This document shows, piece by piece, positions 16,247-25,026 of a DNA stretch of 32,000 bases. The stretch's first letter is position 1; every line of letters starts with the position of its first letter. Below the pieces are notes generated by a model, which was not told the DNA's origin, did no database searches, and was given only the letters and a program-made list of their open reading frames with translations. Made by a program: the position numbers and the translations under genes. This DNA comes from Pyrodictium abyssi (GTDB lineage Archaea > Thermoproteota > Thermoprotei_A > Sulfolobales > Pyrodictiaceae). Location: NCBI RefSeq assembly GCF_036323395.1, contig NZ_AP028907.1, positions 1,380,001 through 1,412,000 of the forward strand. The letters run 5' to 3'.

Positions 16247-17317
16247 CTAGGCTAGGATCTCTGAGAGTGCTGTAAACAGCCTCTCGTATGCGTCCTCGGG
16301 AAGCCAACCCATCGTAGCTATCCTCACCACGCGGTCCTTGAGGCCCCCCATACCTCTGGCGATCTTTATGCCGCGCTTGGCCAGCTCGGATGCCAGCACG
16401 CCGCTCGGCAGAGGCGTATAGAACGCCGCTACCGTGTTAGCCCGGTACCCGGGCTCTACTACCGGCTGGAGACCGTAGCCGGGCAGCTTGCTGTAGAGCA
16501 GTTCTGCTCGCTCACGGTGCATCTCTATCCACGCGTCCAGCCCTCTCTCGGTTATGAGCTGTAGAGCCTCGCGGAGCCCGTAGAGCAGGTTCACCGCCGG
16601 CGTGTATGGGGTTTCCCTCCTCTCGCTATGGAACCGGTAGACCTTCTCTAGGTCGAGGTAGCTCGGCGGCTTTCTAGCCACCTTCTTCATCTTCTCTATC
16701 GCCTCCTCGGACACGGCGACGAACGAGACACCGGGCGGCCCTGCTATAGCCTTCTGTGCCGCGGAAGCCACCGCATCGACCACGCCAGGGCTTGGCACCT
16801 GCTCGCCAGCTAGCGCGGATACAGCGTCAACCATCACTAGGGCGCCCTGGCTCTTAGCCTTCCTTGCTACCTGCGCCATGTCGCGGTAGCTGAGTCCCAG
16901 GCTAGTCTCCGTATACACCACTGCTACGGCAGCGTACTCCTCCTCGTCGAGCTTCGCGGCTACACTCTCCACGGGGACATGCCTGCCCGGCTGCTCCGCC
17001 CCGACGACATCAACTATAGCGCCTCTACGTGCTAGAGCGTCTGCTAGCCTCTCACCGAACTCGCCGTGGCTCACGACTAGCACGCGCTCGCCCGGCTCCA
17101 CGAGGCTCCACGCCATGGATTCAACCGCTAGCGTACCGCTACCCGTCAGTACGAGAGGCTCACCACCACCATAGACCTTGGCGAGGAGAGCCCTCACATC
17201 GTCGAGCAGCTGGCGGAATTCCTCGGACCGGTGGCTAACCACCTGCTCCGCCATAGCCTTCAACACGCGCTCGTGCATCATAACGGGGCCTGGCGTGAAG
17301 AGTATCTGCCCCCTCAC
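16247..17317 (-). CDS. Class V aminotransferase (alanine-glyoxylate / serine-pyruvate family)
   Basis: 356 aa; 'LFTPGPVMMHERVLKAMAEQVVSHRSEEF', 'VDAVSALAGEQV', 'QKAIAGPPGVSFVAVS'. GTG start. Confidence 0.92.
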   Translation of the reverse strand: MRGQILFTPGPVMMHERVLKAMAEQVVSHRSEEFRQLLDDVRALLAKVYGGGEPLVLTGSGTLAVESMAWSLVEPGERVLVVSHGEFGERLADALARRGAIVDVVGAEQPGRHVPVESVAAKLDEEEYAAVAVVYTETSLGLSYRDMAQVARKAKSQGALVMVDAVSALAGEQVPSPGVVDAVASAAQKAIAGPPGVSFVAVSEEAIEKMKKVARKPPSYLDLEKVYRFHSERRETPYTPAVNLLYGLREALQLITERGLDAWIEMHRERAELLYSKLPGYGLQPVVEPGYRANTVAAFYTPLPSGVLASELAKRGIKIARGMGGLKDRVVRIATMGWLPEDAYERLFTALSEILA

Positions 17318-17320
17318 CTT

Positions 17321-18355
17321 TCAGCACCCCCTGGCCTCCGCTAGTGCCTCCAAGAGCTTACGCGCCGTCTCCACCGCCACGCGGCGCTGAGCCTCGATCG
17401 TTGAAGCACCTATGTGTGTTGTCAGGATGACCCTCGGGTGCGCTGCCAGCTTCTTCTCAGCCTCAGTCGCCGGCGGCTCGTGCTCTAGGACATCGAGGGC
17501 CGCAGCACCCACAATGCCCTCATCTAGGGCCCAGAGGAGGGCCTCGGCGTCCACGACAGCTCCACGGCTCGTATTGACCAGTATCACGCCACGCTTCATT
17601 ACTCTAAACTCATCCCAGCTTATCAAGTGGTAGGTGTCGGGGGTGAGTGGCACATGGAGCGTTACCGCGTCCGCCTCTGCCAGGGCGTCGTGCAGGCTCC
17701 GCGCCACTCTCGCACCGAGCTTCTCGGCATAGCCTGTTATGTCCATAACGTCATACGCGACTATATCCATGCCGATAGCCTTGGCTATTTCTGCTACCCT
17801 GCGGCCTATCCTACCGAAGCCCACCACGGCTAGCGTCTTACCGAAGAGCTCTACACCCATTACCTTCTTCCACACACCTTTCCGGGCGAACTCTATTGAC
17901 TCGGGCACCCGGCGCGCAGCAGCTATCAGTAAGGCTATGGTGAGCTCCGCTACGCTCTGCGTCGCGGCGCCCGGCGCGTTCACAACCCTTATACCACGCT
18001 CTTGCGCAGCGTGTACATCCACGTTGTCCAGGCCTACGCCCGCGCGCGCTATCACCTTTAGTCTCTGGCCACGCTCTATAACCACTCTGTCGACCTTCGT
18101 ACGGCTGCGTACTACTAGTGCATCGTACTCTGGTATCGCTACAAGGATCTCTCCACGACTTATGCCAGGCCGGTAGTCGACTTCTAGCCCCGCGGCCTTG
18201 AGGGCTTCGAGAAGGAGCCCATCAACGGGGTCTGTTACCAGGACGCGGGCCCCCTCAAGGCAGGGGCGTAGCTTTTCCAGCTTAGCTATCTCCATGCCGA
18301 ATCCAACGGCACCACCTCCCCCGTGAAGGGCCGTTCGCCATGCACGGGTCTCCAT
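17321..18355 (-). CDS. serA: D-3-phosphoglycerate dehydrogenase (D-2-hydroxyacid dehydrogenase); real start may be the internal Met near 18292
   Basis: 'KVIARAGVGLDNVDVHAAQERGIRVVNAPGA', 'LAVVGFGRIGRRVAE', 'GVILVNTSRG', 'LDVLEHEPP', 'HIGASTIEAQ'. Confidence 0.93.
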   Translation of the reverse strand: METRAWRTALHGGGGAVGFGMEIAKLEKLRPCLEGARVLVTDPVDGLLLEALKAAGLEVDYRPGISRGEILVAIPEYDALVVRSRTKVDRVVIERGQRLKVIARAGVGLDNVDVHAAQERGIRVVNAPGAATQSVAELTIALLIAAARRVPESIEFARKGVWKKVMGVELFGKTLAVVGFGRIGRRVAEIAKAIGMDIVAYDVMDITGYAEKLGARVARSLHDALAEADAVTLHVPLTPDTYHLISWDEFRVMKRGVILVNTSRGAVVDAEALLWALDEGIVGAAALDVLEHEPPATEAEKKLAAHPRVILTTHIGASTIEAQRRVAVETARKLLEALAEARGC

Positions 18356-18467
18356 GAGAGATTAGACGCTTCTATGCGCCAGGAACACAGCTCTCCCACA
18401 GACCCGTATTTAAGTCTTAATCTGTATGCTAGATATCGTTAATTACGCAAAGAAGGCGGAAATCTAG

Positions 18468-19190
18468 CTACTTGCGCCCAACGACCTCGGCTATTGTTTC
18501 GCCAAGACTCCTCGTCGAGAACAGTGTGTATGTCACGCGATGCTCGCGAGGCCATACAGATGTTCTCCGGCGGGCCGTCTCCCAGAGACTCAAGTGCTTA
18601 CGCGGCAGGAACACGACTACATCCACCACGCCTCGCCGGACAATAGCCTCCATGGCCTCGGCGAGCAGGCCAGCTACTAGGCCCTCTAGCCTGGAATTGC
18701 CCAGCACTATGTCCGGCGGTACCTCGTAGCAGCAGGCAGGATATTCCTCAGCACGCTCGTATGGCACTAGTATCAGCAGGTCTGAGAAGTAGAGCCATTC
18801 TATCCCAGCGGGCCTATCCCCGTCGCTGCTCCAGAGCCCGAGCCGGCGGAGCAAGCCCCGTATCTTCCGGGACGTGGGGCTCTTGGTGTAGGGCTTTACG
18901 CTGCTACACGGCGTTATCAGAGCAGTGCTGGCGGTAGGCTCGTAATCTTCCCTTAGCCATTGCCACCATTTCTTTACAGCGGGGTGCTCGAAGGCTTTCT
19001 CTCCGACGAGCGCAGGGTCTACGCCCTCGTAGTGCCTGGGCACGAGCCGACCCGCCTCGTCCTTGCGTATGCTGAAGCGCGTCTTGGGCCTAGGCTGGAG
19101 CTGGGGCAGGATACCAGTGACGTGCGTCAGCGGCCTCTCTGGGAGGGCCTCCGTGGACATCCAGTTGCACACCGACAGTGGTAATACCAC
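18468..19190 (-). CDS. Stand-alone ArcS C-terminal / DUF5591-like protein
   Basis: 240 aa; 'ITPCSSVKPYTKSPTSR' resembles the PC-x3-KPY-x2-S motif of archaeosine synthase ArcS; no TGT or PUA domain visible. Confidence 0.65.
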   Translation of the reverse strand: MVLPLSVCNWMSTEALPERPLTHVTGILPQLQPRPKTRFSIRKDEAGRLVPRHYEGVDPALVGEKAFEHPAVKKWWQWLREDYEPTASTALITPCSSVKPYTKSPTSRKIRGLLRRLGLWSSDGDRPAGIEWLYFSDLLILVPYERAEEYPACCYEVPPDIVLGNSRLEGLVAGLLAEAMEAIVRRGVVDVVVFLPRKHLSLWETARRRTSVWPREHRVTYTLFSTRSLGETIAEVVGRK

Positions 19191-19221
19191 TTATAGACCT
19201 GGGTATTTAGAGTGCAGGGCT

Positions 19222-19557
19222 CTAGCCCTGACGCCCCCTGCTACCGTAGTAGAGCACCTCCACGGGCTCCAGCGTCACAAGACCCTCCCTTACAGCCTCC
19301 ATAACCTCGTCAATCACGCTCTTTATAGCATCCTCCTCGTCAACTACCTCCACTATTACCGGAAGGTCCTCCGAGAGCCTCAACACGCCAGTAGTATGGA
19401 TCATGCTATGGCTACCGTAGCCCGCAATCCCCCGGATCGCGGTAGCGCCCTTCAAGCCACGTTTACGGAACAGCTCGAGAAGGTACATGTAGAGGGGCTT
19501 CCCGCGGTAGCGGTCTGACTCGCCAATGTATATTCTAAGGCGTAGCCAGCGCGGCAC
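19222..19557 (-). CDS. DUF190 family protein
   Basis: 111 aa; 'LRIYIGESDRYRGKPLYMYLLELFRKRGLKGATAIRGIAGYGS', 'PVIVEVVDEEDAI'. Confidence 0.88.
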   Translation of the reverse strand: MPRWLRLRIYIGESDRYRGKPLYMYLLELFRKRGLKGATAIRGIAGYGSHSMIHTTGVLRLSEDLPVIVEVVDEEDAIKSVIDEVMEAVREGLVTLEPVEVLYYGSRGRQG

Positions 19558-19993
19558 GCCCGTACACCAGGCTAGCTATTATAAAGCCTAGGTATATACC
19601 GAGAATCCCCAAGGCTATGCTTAGGGCCATGTAGGCTATCATCTGCGCTACCTGGTGCTCTCTTAGCATCCAGAAACTCTCATACATGAAGGTTGAGAAG
19701 GTCGTGAAGCCACCGGCGAATCCTGTAGCCACTAGAAGCCTCTGGTCACGCGTAAAAACACCGTACATAGTCGACGCCCCCATTACGCAGCCGAGCAGTA
19801 TAGACCCGGCCACGTTGACTACTAGCGTACCCAGTGGGAATACGTGGCCAGCTTGTAGCGTCTTCGAGACTATCCACCTAGATACGGCTCCGAGGGCTCC
19901 TCCCAGAGCCACTAGCAGAGCCTCCCGCAGCACCGCCACATACCGCGCAGCCTCGGGGCCCGGGGTCTCTGTTTTCTCGGCTCTCCTCAACAA
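19535..19993 (-). CDS. crcB: CrcB/Fluc fluoride exporter
   Basis: 152 aa, four TMs; 'GGALGAVSRW', 'PLGTLVVNVAGSILLG', 'GFAGGFTTFSTFMYE'; overlaps DUF190 by 23 bp. Confidence 0.93.
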   Translation of the reverse strand: MLRRAEKTETPGPEAARYVAVLREALLVALGGALGAVSRWIVSKTLQAGHVFPLGTLVVNVAGSILLGCVMGASTMYGVFTRDQRLLVATGFAGGFTTFSTFMYESFWMLREHQVAQMIAYMALSIALGILGIYLGFIIASLVYGRAALATP

Positions 19994-20111
19994 TAGAAAA
20001 TTATCTAGCTTATTAAATTATACACACCGACTATAGTCGAATTACGCTTCTAAACTAGTAGGACTACAACTTAAAGCCAGTACTGTGTTACAAGAGTGGG
20101 CGGGGACCGCC

Positions 20112-20216
20112 ATGCTGCTCCAGCTCGTACTAATACTGAGCCTCGTAATCCTCCTCGGCGGGCTCGCCTCCAGCATACGCACACGCGGAAAGAGGACACA
20201 AATGCACCCAAGATAG
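20112..20216 (+). CDS. Possible single-TM microprotein (34 aa)
   Basis: ATG to TAG: MLLQLVLILSLVILLGGLASSIRTRGKRTQMHPR; hydrophobic helix followed by a basic tail. Confidence 0.35.
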   Translation: MLLQLVLILSLVILLGGLASSIRTRGKRTQMHPR

Positions 20217-20505
20217 GCTAACAGGAGGCTATGATCACTGGAAGTTAGAGGCACGGAGGAGCGGCGGACGGCTGAGCCACGCCAAGCCCGCTCATCAAAG
20301 ACCGCCAGTGGCTGCGGCGGCCTCACGGGCGGGCCAGAGTGCCGCCGACGCTCGTGTAACTAGGGAGTAGATGCGTAGTAATGTAACTATGATGATTACT
20401 TATAGGGCCGCAGCCCCAGGTTTAGGGGTATATAATCCCAGCGTTGTTGCAACTATGCATAGACCTGTGCCGTTACTGTTCCAGAACCGTTGCATCAAAC
20501 ACGAT

Positions 20506-20542
20506 TGCCAGCATGTTTGGCACGCAGTGTCAGGAACTGCGT
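20506..20542. other. Two adjacent perfect short inverted repeats (potential hairpins)
   Basis: TGCCA(20506-20510)/TGGCA(20518-20522), 7-nt loop; ACGCAGT(20522-20528)/ACTGCGT(20536-20542), 7-nt loop. Confidence 0.4.
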
Positions 20543-20612
20543 AAGAAGAGGAGCAGGGCGTAGGAGACCTAAAATATAGTACAGATAAACTGGGTTGCAT
20601 GTTTTACATGGT

Positions 20613-21197
20613 TTAGTAGGTGCCTAGGCTGAATATTGTCTCCTCCCTGCTCACACCGGTAGACGTACTGCCCATAGCTATGAAGCCTATACTTGCCAGT
20701 ACTGCGCCCGCTGCCGCGAGTAGCTTAGCTATGGCCGCAGTGCCGCCTAGCTTGTCTATGAGGCTCTGTGCTGCTGCGTTGGCCCAGGAGACACCGCCCC
20801 AGTCCACTACACTGCCGCTGGCTGCTGCCGTGGCGTCGTGCACGCTACCGGTGCTGGACACAGCTAGGAGCCATGATACTGCCAGCAGCATCGCAGCCGC
20901 CTTTAGTGGCGCATTGTTACCCTTTATCCCGAGCAGCCACAGTGCGGCTATCCCCAGCACGTGGTACAGCAGTAGCAGGACGCCACCCGCGCCTACGAGC
21001 CCCTGAAGACCGCTACCGTAGTAACCGGCTAGTATCCCCGCGACGCCTAGGAGGCCTACTAGCCCTATGCCGGAGAAGGTTGGTTTGCGGGTCTCCGCGC
21101 CATATGCTAGCCAGCCGGCTGCCGTTATCACAGCCGCACCGGGCCCCGCGAAGGGTGCCGAGAGGTACCCTAGGGCTAGCAGTAATCTGGAGTACAC
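20613..21197 (-). CDS. Hypothetical multi-pass membrane protein
   Basis: 194 aa with about five to six hydrophobic segments; same strand as neighbours; no recognised motif. Confidence 0.6.
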   Translation of the reverse strand: MYSRLLLALGYLSAPFAGPGAAVITAAGWLAYGAETRKPTFSGIGLVGLLGVAGILAGYYGSGLQGLVGAGGVLLLLYHVLGIAALWLLGIKGNNAPLKAAAMLLAVSWLLAVSSTGSVHDATAAASGSVVDWGGVSWANAAAQSLIDKLGGTAAIAKLLAAAGAVLASIGFIAMGSTSTGVSREETIFSLGTY

Positions 21198-21402
21198 AGC
21201 TCTCCCCCAGCTCCCTAGATTAAGGCGCAGCTACCGGGGACTAGCGGCTGACGGGCTAGTAACACCGGGAAGAAGCCAAGGGGCGGCTGCGCCAGCACGC
21301 CGAGGCCCGAGCCTGGCCTAGGCACGCAAGGAGGGGTTCAGAGACACTTAGCAGAGTACCCAAGGCCTTGACAGGGGGCCGAGAAAAGCGGCGTCCAAGG
21401 AG

Positions 21403-22491
21403 TCACTTGTAGAGCCAGCACGCCACATAGCGTTCTGGCTCCACTTCCACCATAGGCGGGTCCTCTGCCTCGCACCGTGGCCTCACGCTAGCGTGCTCGT
21501 CGTAGGCTACACAACGCGGCCTGAACCTGCAGCCGGTCGGTATGTTGACAGCGCTCGGTACCTCGCCTTTTATCGGGACCTCGCGGAGGCGTTTACGGTT
21601 CTCCGGGTTAGGCTCCGGTATCGCTGAGACTAGCGCCCGTGTATAGGGGTGCAGAGGCTCCTCTATGACCTTGATGGCTGGCCCCATTTCGACTATCTTG
21701 CCCAGGTACATCACTGCTATCCTGTCGCAGATGTACCTGGCCACAGCCAGGTCATGTGTTATGAATATCATAGCTGTGTTGTACCGCTTCTTGAGCTCTA
21801 GTAGCAGCTCTAGTATCTCAGCGCGTATCGACACGTCGAGCATCGAGACGGGCTCGTCGGCTACCACGACCCTCGGGTTCAGTATGAAAGCCTTAGCTAT
21901 GGCTACTCTCTGGCGCTGGCCACCACTCAGCTCGTGGGGATAGCGCTCTAGGAAGTCCTCGACCGGCGTGAGCCGTACCGCCTCTAGCATCTTGGTGACC
22001 ATCTTTAGCCGTGTCTCTTCGTCGCCTATGCGGTGGATTATGAGCGGTTCCTCGAGTATGTACCTTATAGTGAAGCGTGGATTGAGGCTGCTATAGGGGT
22101 CCTGGTACACTAGCTGTAGCTCCCGGCGTACCATCCTGAGCAAACGCTTAGACAGCTTAGCTATGTTGACGAAGCCGTCCTCTATCCTAGCCCCTTGCTC
22201 CTCGAGAAGCTTGCCGAGTTCTGGCGACGGCTTGAAGTAGATATTGCCCTTAGTAGCCTTTACTAGACCCATTACAGCCTTACCGGTCGTCGTCTTGCCG
22301 CAGCCGCTCTCGCCGACCAGGCAGAGTATCTCGCCTTCGCGGAGGCTAAAGGAGACGCCATCCACTGCTCTGACGTAGCGCCGCTCCATGCGCTTGATTA
22401 TCTCCGTTAGGCTGCGGCGTAGCGGGAACCATACGTGCAGGTTCTCGACACGTAGAACCGTGTCCCCTGTAAGCGCCATCCCGGAGTTCAC
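21403..22491 (-). CDS. Oligo/dipeptide-type ABC transporter ATP-binding protein (OppF/DppF-like)
   Basis: Walker A '[14 protein letters not shown]', '[16 protein letters not shown]', '[11 protein letters not shown]', C-terminal 'GCRFRPRC' OppDF cysteine motif. Confidence 0.95.
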   Translation of the reverse strand: MNSGMALTGDTVLRVENLHVWFPLRRSLTEIIKRMERRYVRAVDGVSFSLREGEILCLVGESGCGKTTTGKAVMGLVKATKGNIYFKPSPELGKLLEEQGARIEDGFVNIAKLSKRLLRMVRRELQLVYQDPYSSLNPRFTIRYILEEPLIIHRIGDEETRLKMVTKMLEAVRLTPVEDFLERYPHELSGGQRQRVAIAKAFILNPRVVVADEPVSMLDVSIRAEILELLLELKKRYNTAMIFITHDLAVARYICDRIAVMYLGKIVEMGPAIKVIEEPLHPYTRALVSAIPEPNPENRKRLREVPIKGEVPSAVNIPTGCRFRPRCVAYDEHASVRPRCEAEDPPMVEVEPERYVACWLYK

Positions 22492-23477
22492 CTCTCAGCC
22501 TCCTTCATGGAGTCTACGCCAGAGTCTGCCAGCCAGCATGCCACGTAGTGGCCTTTCTCGTACATCTGGAGCTGTGGCTCCTCTTCCCGGCACCTAGCCT
22601 CGGCTATGGGGCACCTGGGGGCGAAGCGGCAGCCGGGCGGTGGGCGGCGTAGGTCCGGGGGCTGGCCGGGTATGTAGCGCAGCTTAGTCCGGGGACCGTG
22701 TAGCCTGGGGAAGGCCTGGAGCAGCATGTAGGTGTAGGGGTGGCGTGGCCTATAGAACACGTCTTCGGCGCTACCGTACTCTACCACCTTGCCGGCGTAC
22801 ATTATCATTACCTTGTCTGCGAGCTCGGCTATGACGCCCAGGTCGTGGCTTATTAGTATGAAGCTTATGTTCTTCTCTCTCTGGAGCTTCTTTAGCAGGT
22901 TGAGTATCTGGGCCTGCACTATCACGTCAAGGGCTGTGGTTGGCTCGTCTGCTATGACTATGTCGGGCTCGAGGGCCAGCGCCATTGCTATGACTACGCG
23001 CTGTTTCTGGCCGCCGCTCAGCTCGTGGGGATAGCGGTGGAATATGGAGCGGTCGAGGCCCACACTTTCGAGTAGCTCGTAGGCTCTGGCACGGGCGTCG
23101 TTGACGCTATAGCCGCCGTGGAGGGTCAGTACCTCCACTATCTGCCTGCCGACCGTGTAGACCGGGGTAAGGACGTTCATGGCGCCCTGGAATATCATGC
23201 TTATGCGCTTCCAGCGTATCTTGCTGCGCAGCTCTGCCTCGCTCATACCTACTAGCTCGGTGCCGTCGAGCCTTATGCTGCCCCCTACTATGCGGCCTGG
23301 AGGCGGGACTAGGCCCAGTAGGCCCCACGCTAGAGTGCTCTTGCCGCAGCCGCTTTCGCCAGCAATCCCTAGCACCTCGCCGCGCTGTAGCTCGAATGAG
23401 ACGTCGTCGACTGCCTTTACCACGCCCTTGAGCGTGTAGTAGTATATCTTCAGGTTTCTTACCTCGAGCAGCGCCAC
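22488..23477 (-). CDS. Oligo/dipeptide-type ABC transporter ATP-binding protein (OppD/DppD-like)
   Basis: Walker A 'GESGCGKSTLAWGLLGL', 'LSGGQKQRVVIAMAL', 'VIADEPTTALDV', 'GCRFAPRCPIAE'; 4-bp overlap with the next gene. Confidence 0.95.
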   Translation of the reverse strand: MALLEVRNLKIYYYTLKGVVKAVDDVSFELQRGEVLGIAGESGCGKSTLAWGLLGLVPPPGRIVGGSIRLDGTELVGMSEAELRSKIRWKRISMIFQGAMNVLTPVYTVGRQIVEVLTLHGGYSVNDARARAYELLESVGLDRSIFHRYPHELSGGQKQRVVIAMALALEPDIVIADEPTTALDVIVQAQILNLLKKLQREKNISFILISHDLGVIAELADKVMIMYAGKVVEYGSAEDVFYRPRHPYTYMLLQAFPRLHGPRTKLRYIPGQPPDLRRPPPGCRFAPRCPIAEARCREEEPQLQMYEKGHYVACWLADSGVDSMKEAER

Positions 23478-23501
23478 CCTACTCCACCACGCCGGGGTGC
23501 T

Positions 23502-24995
23502 CTACCTCCTAAGCCTTGGGTTCAGTATACGGTCGAGCGCGTTACCTATGAAGACGAATGATAGTCCTACAAGCGCTATGCCGAGGCCAGGCGGCAACAC
23601 CCACCACCAGTAGCCGTTGAGCGCAGCATTGGCCGCCTCCGCCTCGTGCAGTATACGGCCCCATGTCAGCACCGAGGGGTCGCCGACGCCGAGAAAGCTC
23701 AGCGACGCCTCCGCTATTATCGCGCCGGGCACGCTGAGCGCTATGGTAGCGAACATGTAGGGCAGTACCTGCGGCATTATGTAGAGGAATAGTATGCGCT
23801 TTGTGCTAGCGCCTAGCGCTATAGCGGACTCCACGTACGGCTCCTGCCTCACCTGTAGAGCCATCGACCTAGTGACTATTGCTACACCGGGCCAGCCGAA
23901 AGCCACTATCATGAACACTATGAGCCATATAGTCGGCTTGTAGAGAGCGGCCAGCAGTATGAGTATGGGCAGCGCTGGCAGCGAGTATATTATCTGCGCT
24001 GCACGCATCATAACCTCGTCCACTATGCCGCCAAAGTAGCCTGACACTATACCGTATAGCGAGCCTATTAACACGCTGAGCGTGCTAGCCAACAGGCCAA
24101 CTATTAGTGCCCACCTCACACCATAGAGTACACCCTGCCAGAGGTCACGACCCTGGTTATCAGTGCCGAGTATGCCGTAGCACGCGCCCATGACTACGAG
24201 CCGTTTCGGGGCAACGTTTATCGAGGCGTTGTAGCCGTATAGCTGGAGGACCCACCAGTAGCGCCCCCCCAGCGCCTCAGTAGCATTACCCTTGAATGCA
24301 GCAGCAATGTCTTTACTGAACACCGCGTCGAATATGGTTAGCATTATGTTGGCTATGTCTACCACGCTTACCTGGATACCCATCTTGCGGAGCTCCGGTA
24401 TTATGAACCTCTGGACGAGGAGCTGGTTCTCTGTTAGGGACTTGAAGCTCAGCACCAGATCCGTGGCATTCACTTTGCGCGCTGGAAGCCCTACGAGTAC
24501 GCTGTTTATCGGAACCTTCTTGCCGGGAGGCACGAAGTGGAATACCTTGCCGTCCGGCCTCACCACGCTAAGCCCAGTCACGTAGACTGGGTACTTCGAC
24601 GAGTTATAGTATAGATCCATCACTAGGAGTACATCGTTCGGCGGCGCTGTCCCCGTTACGTCTACAGGCACTTTTATCGTCACGTTCACGTAGGGCAAGT
24701 TACGCTGCTTGTCCACACCAGTATCGCTGATAATTTCTACAGCCTTCCCGTCGGCTATTATTGTCCGTGTATACTTCTCGCCACTTATGATCGATGCCCA
24801 GCACGGCGGTGCGTTCTTGGGGTAGAAGCGGAAGTACTGGTAGTTATCCCAGTTCTCTATTACCTCCTTGTTGCCTATCACTGGGAACGCTACCGCTATG
24901 AATAGGAATAGTACGAGGAGCCCTAGCCCTACCATGCCTATCTTGTCGCGTTTGTACTCGTTCCATACACCCGCTATACGCTCGAGTAGTCCCAT
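23502..24995 (-). CDS. Oligo/dipeptide-type ABC transporter permease (OppC/DppC-like) with large extracytoplasmic insertion
   Basis: 'LGTDNQGRDLWQGVLYGVRWALIVGLLAS', 'EPYVESAIALGASTKRILFLYIMPQ', 'AEASLSFLGVGDPSVLTWG'. Confidence 0.93.
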   Translation of the reverse strand: MGLLERIAGVWNEYKRDKIGMVGLGLLVLFLFIAVAFPVIGNKEVIENWDNYQYFRFYPKNAPPCWASIISGEKYTRTIIADGKAVEIISDTGVDKQRNLPYVNVTIKVPVDVTGTAPPNDVLLVMDLYYNSSKYPVYVTGLSVVRPDGKVFHFVPPGKKVPINSVLVGLPARKVNATDLVLSFKSLTENQLLVQRFIIPELRKMGIQVSVVDIANIMLTIFDAVFSKDIAAAFKGNATEALGGRYWWVLQLYGYNASINVAPKRLVVMGACYGILGTDNQGRDLWQGVLYGVRWALIVGLLASTLSVLIGSLYGIVSGYFGGIVDEVMMRAAQIIYSLPALPILILLAALYKPTIWLIVFMIVAFGWPGVAIVTRSMALQVRQEPYVESAIALGASTKRILFLYIMPQVLPYMFATIALSVPGAIIAEASLSFLGVGDPSVLTWGRILHEAEAANAALNGYWWWVLPPGLGIALVGLSFVFIGNALDRILNPRLRR

Positions 24996-25026
24996 ACCGC
25001 TGCCACCCTACCCTTTTTGGCTATTG

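Noticed and set aside
20042-20326. 94-aa minus ORF between crcB and the membrane protein
   Set aside because: Weak coding character; antisense to the hydrophobic microprotein candidate; Ser/Arg-rich.
20368-20410. Possible C/D box sRNA (C-box-like ATGATGA near 20372)
   Set aside because: No D or D' CTGA boxes at appropriate spacing on that strand.
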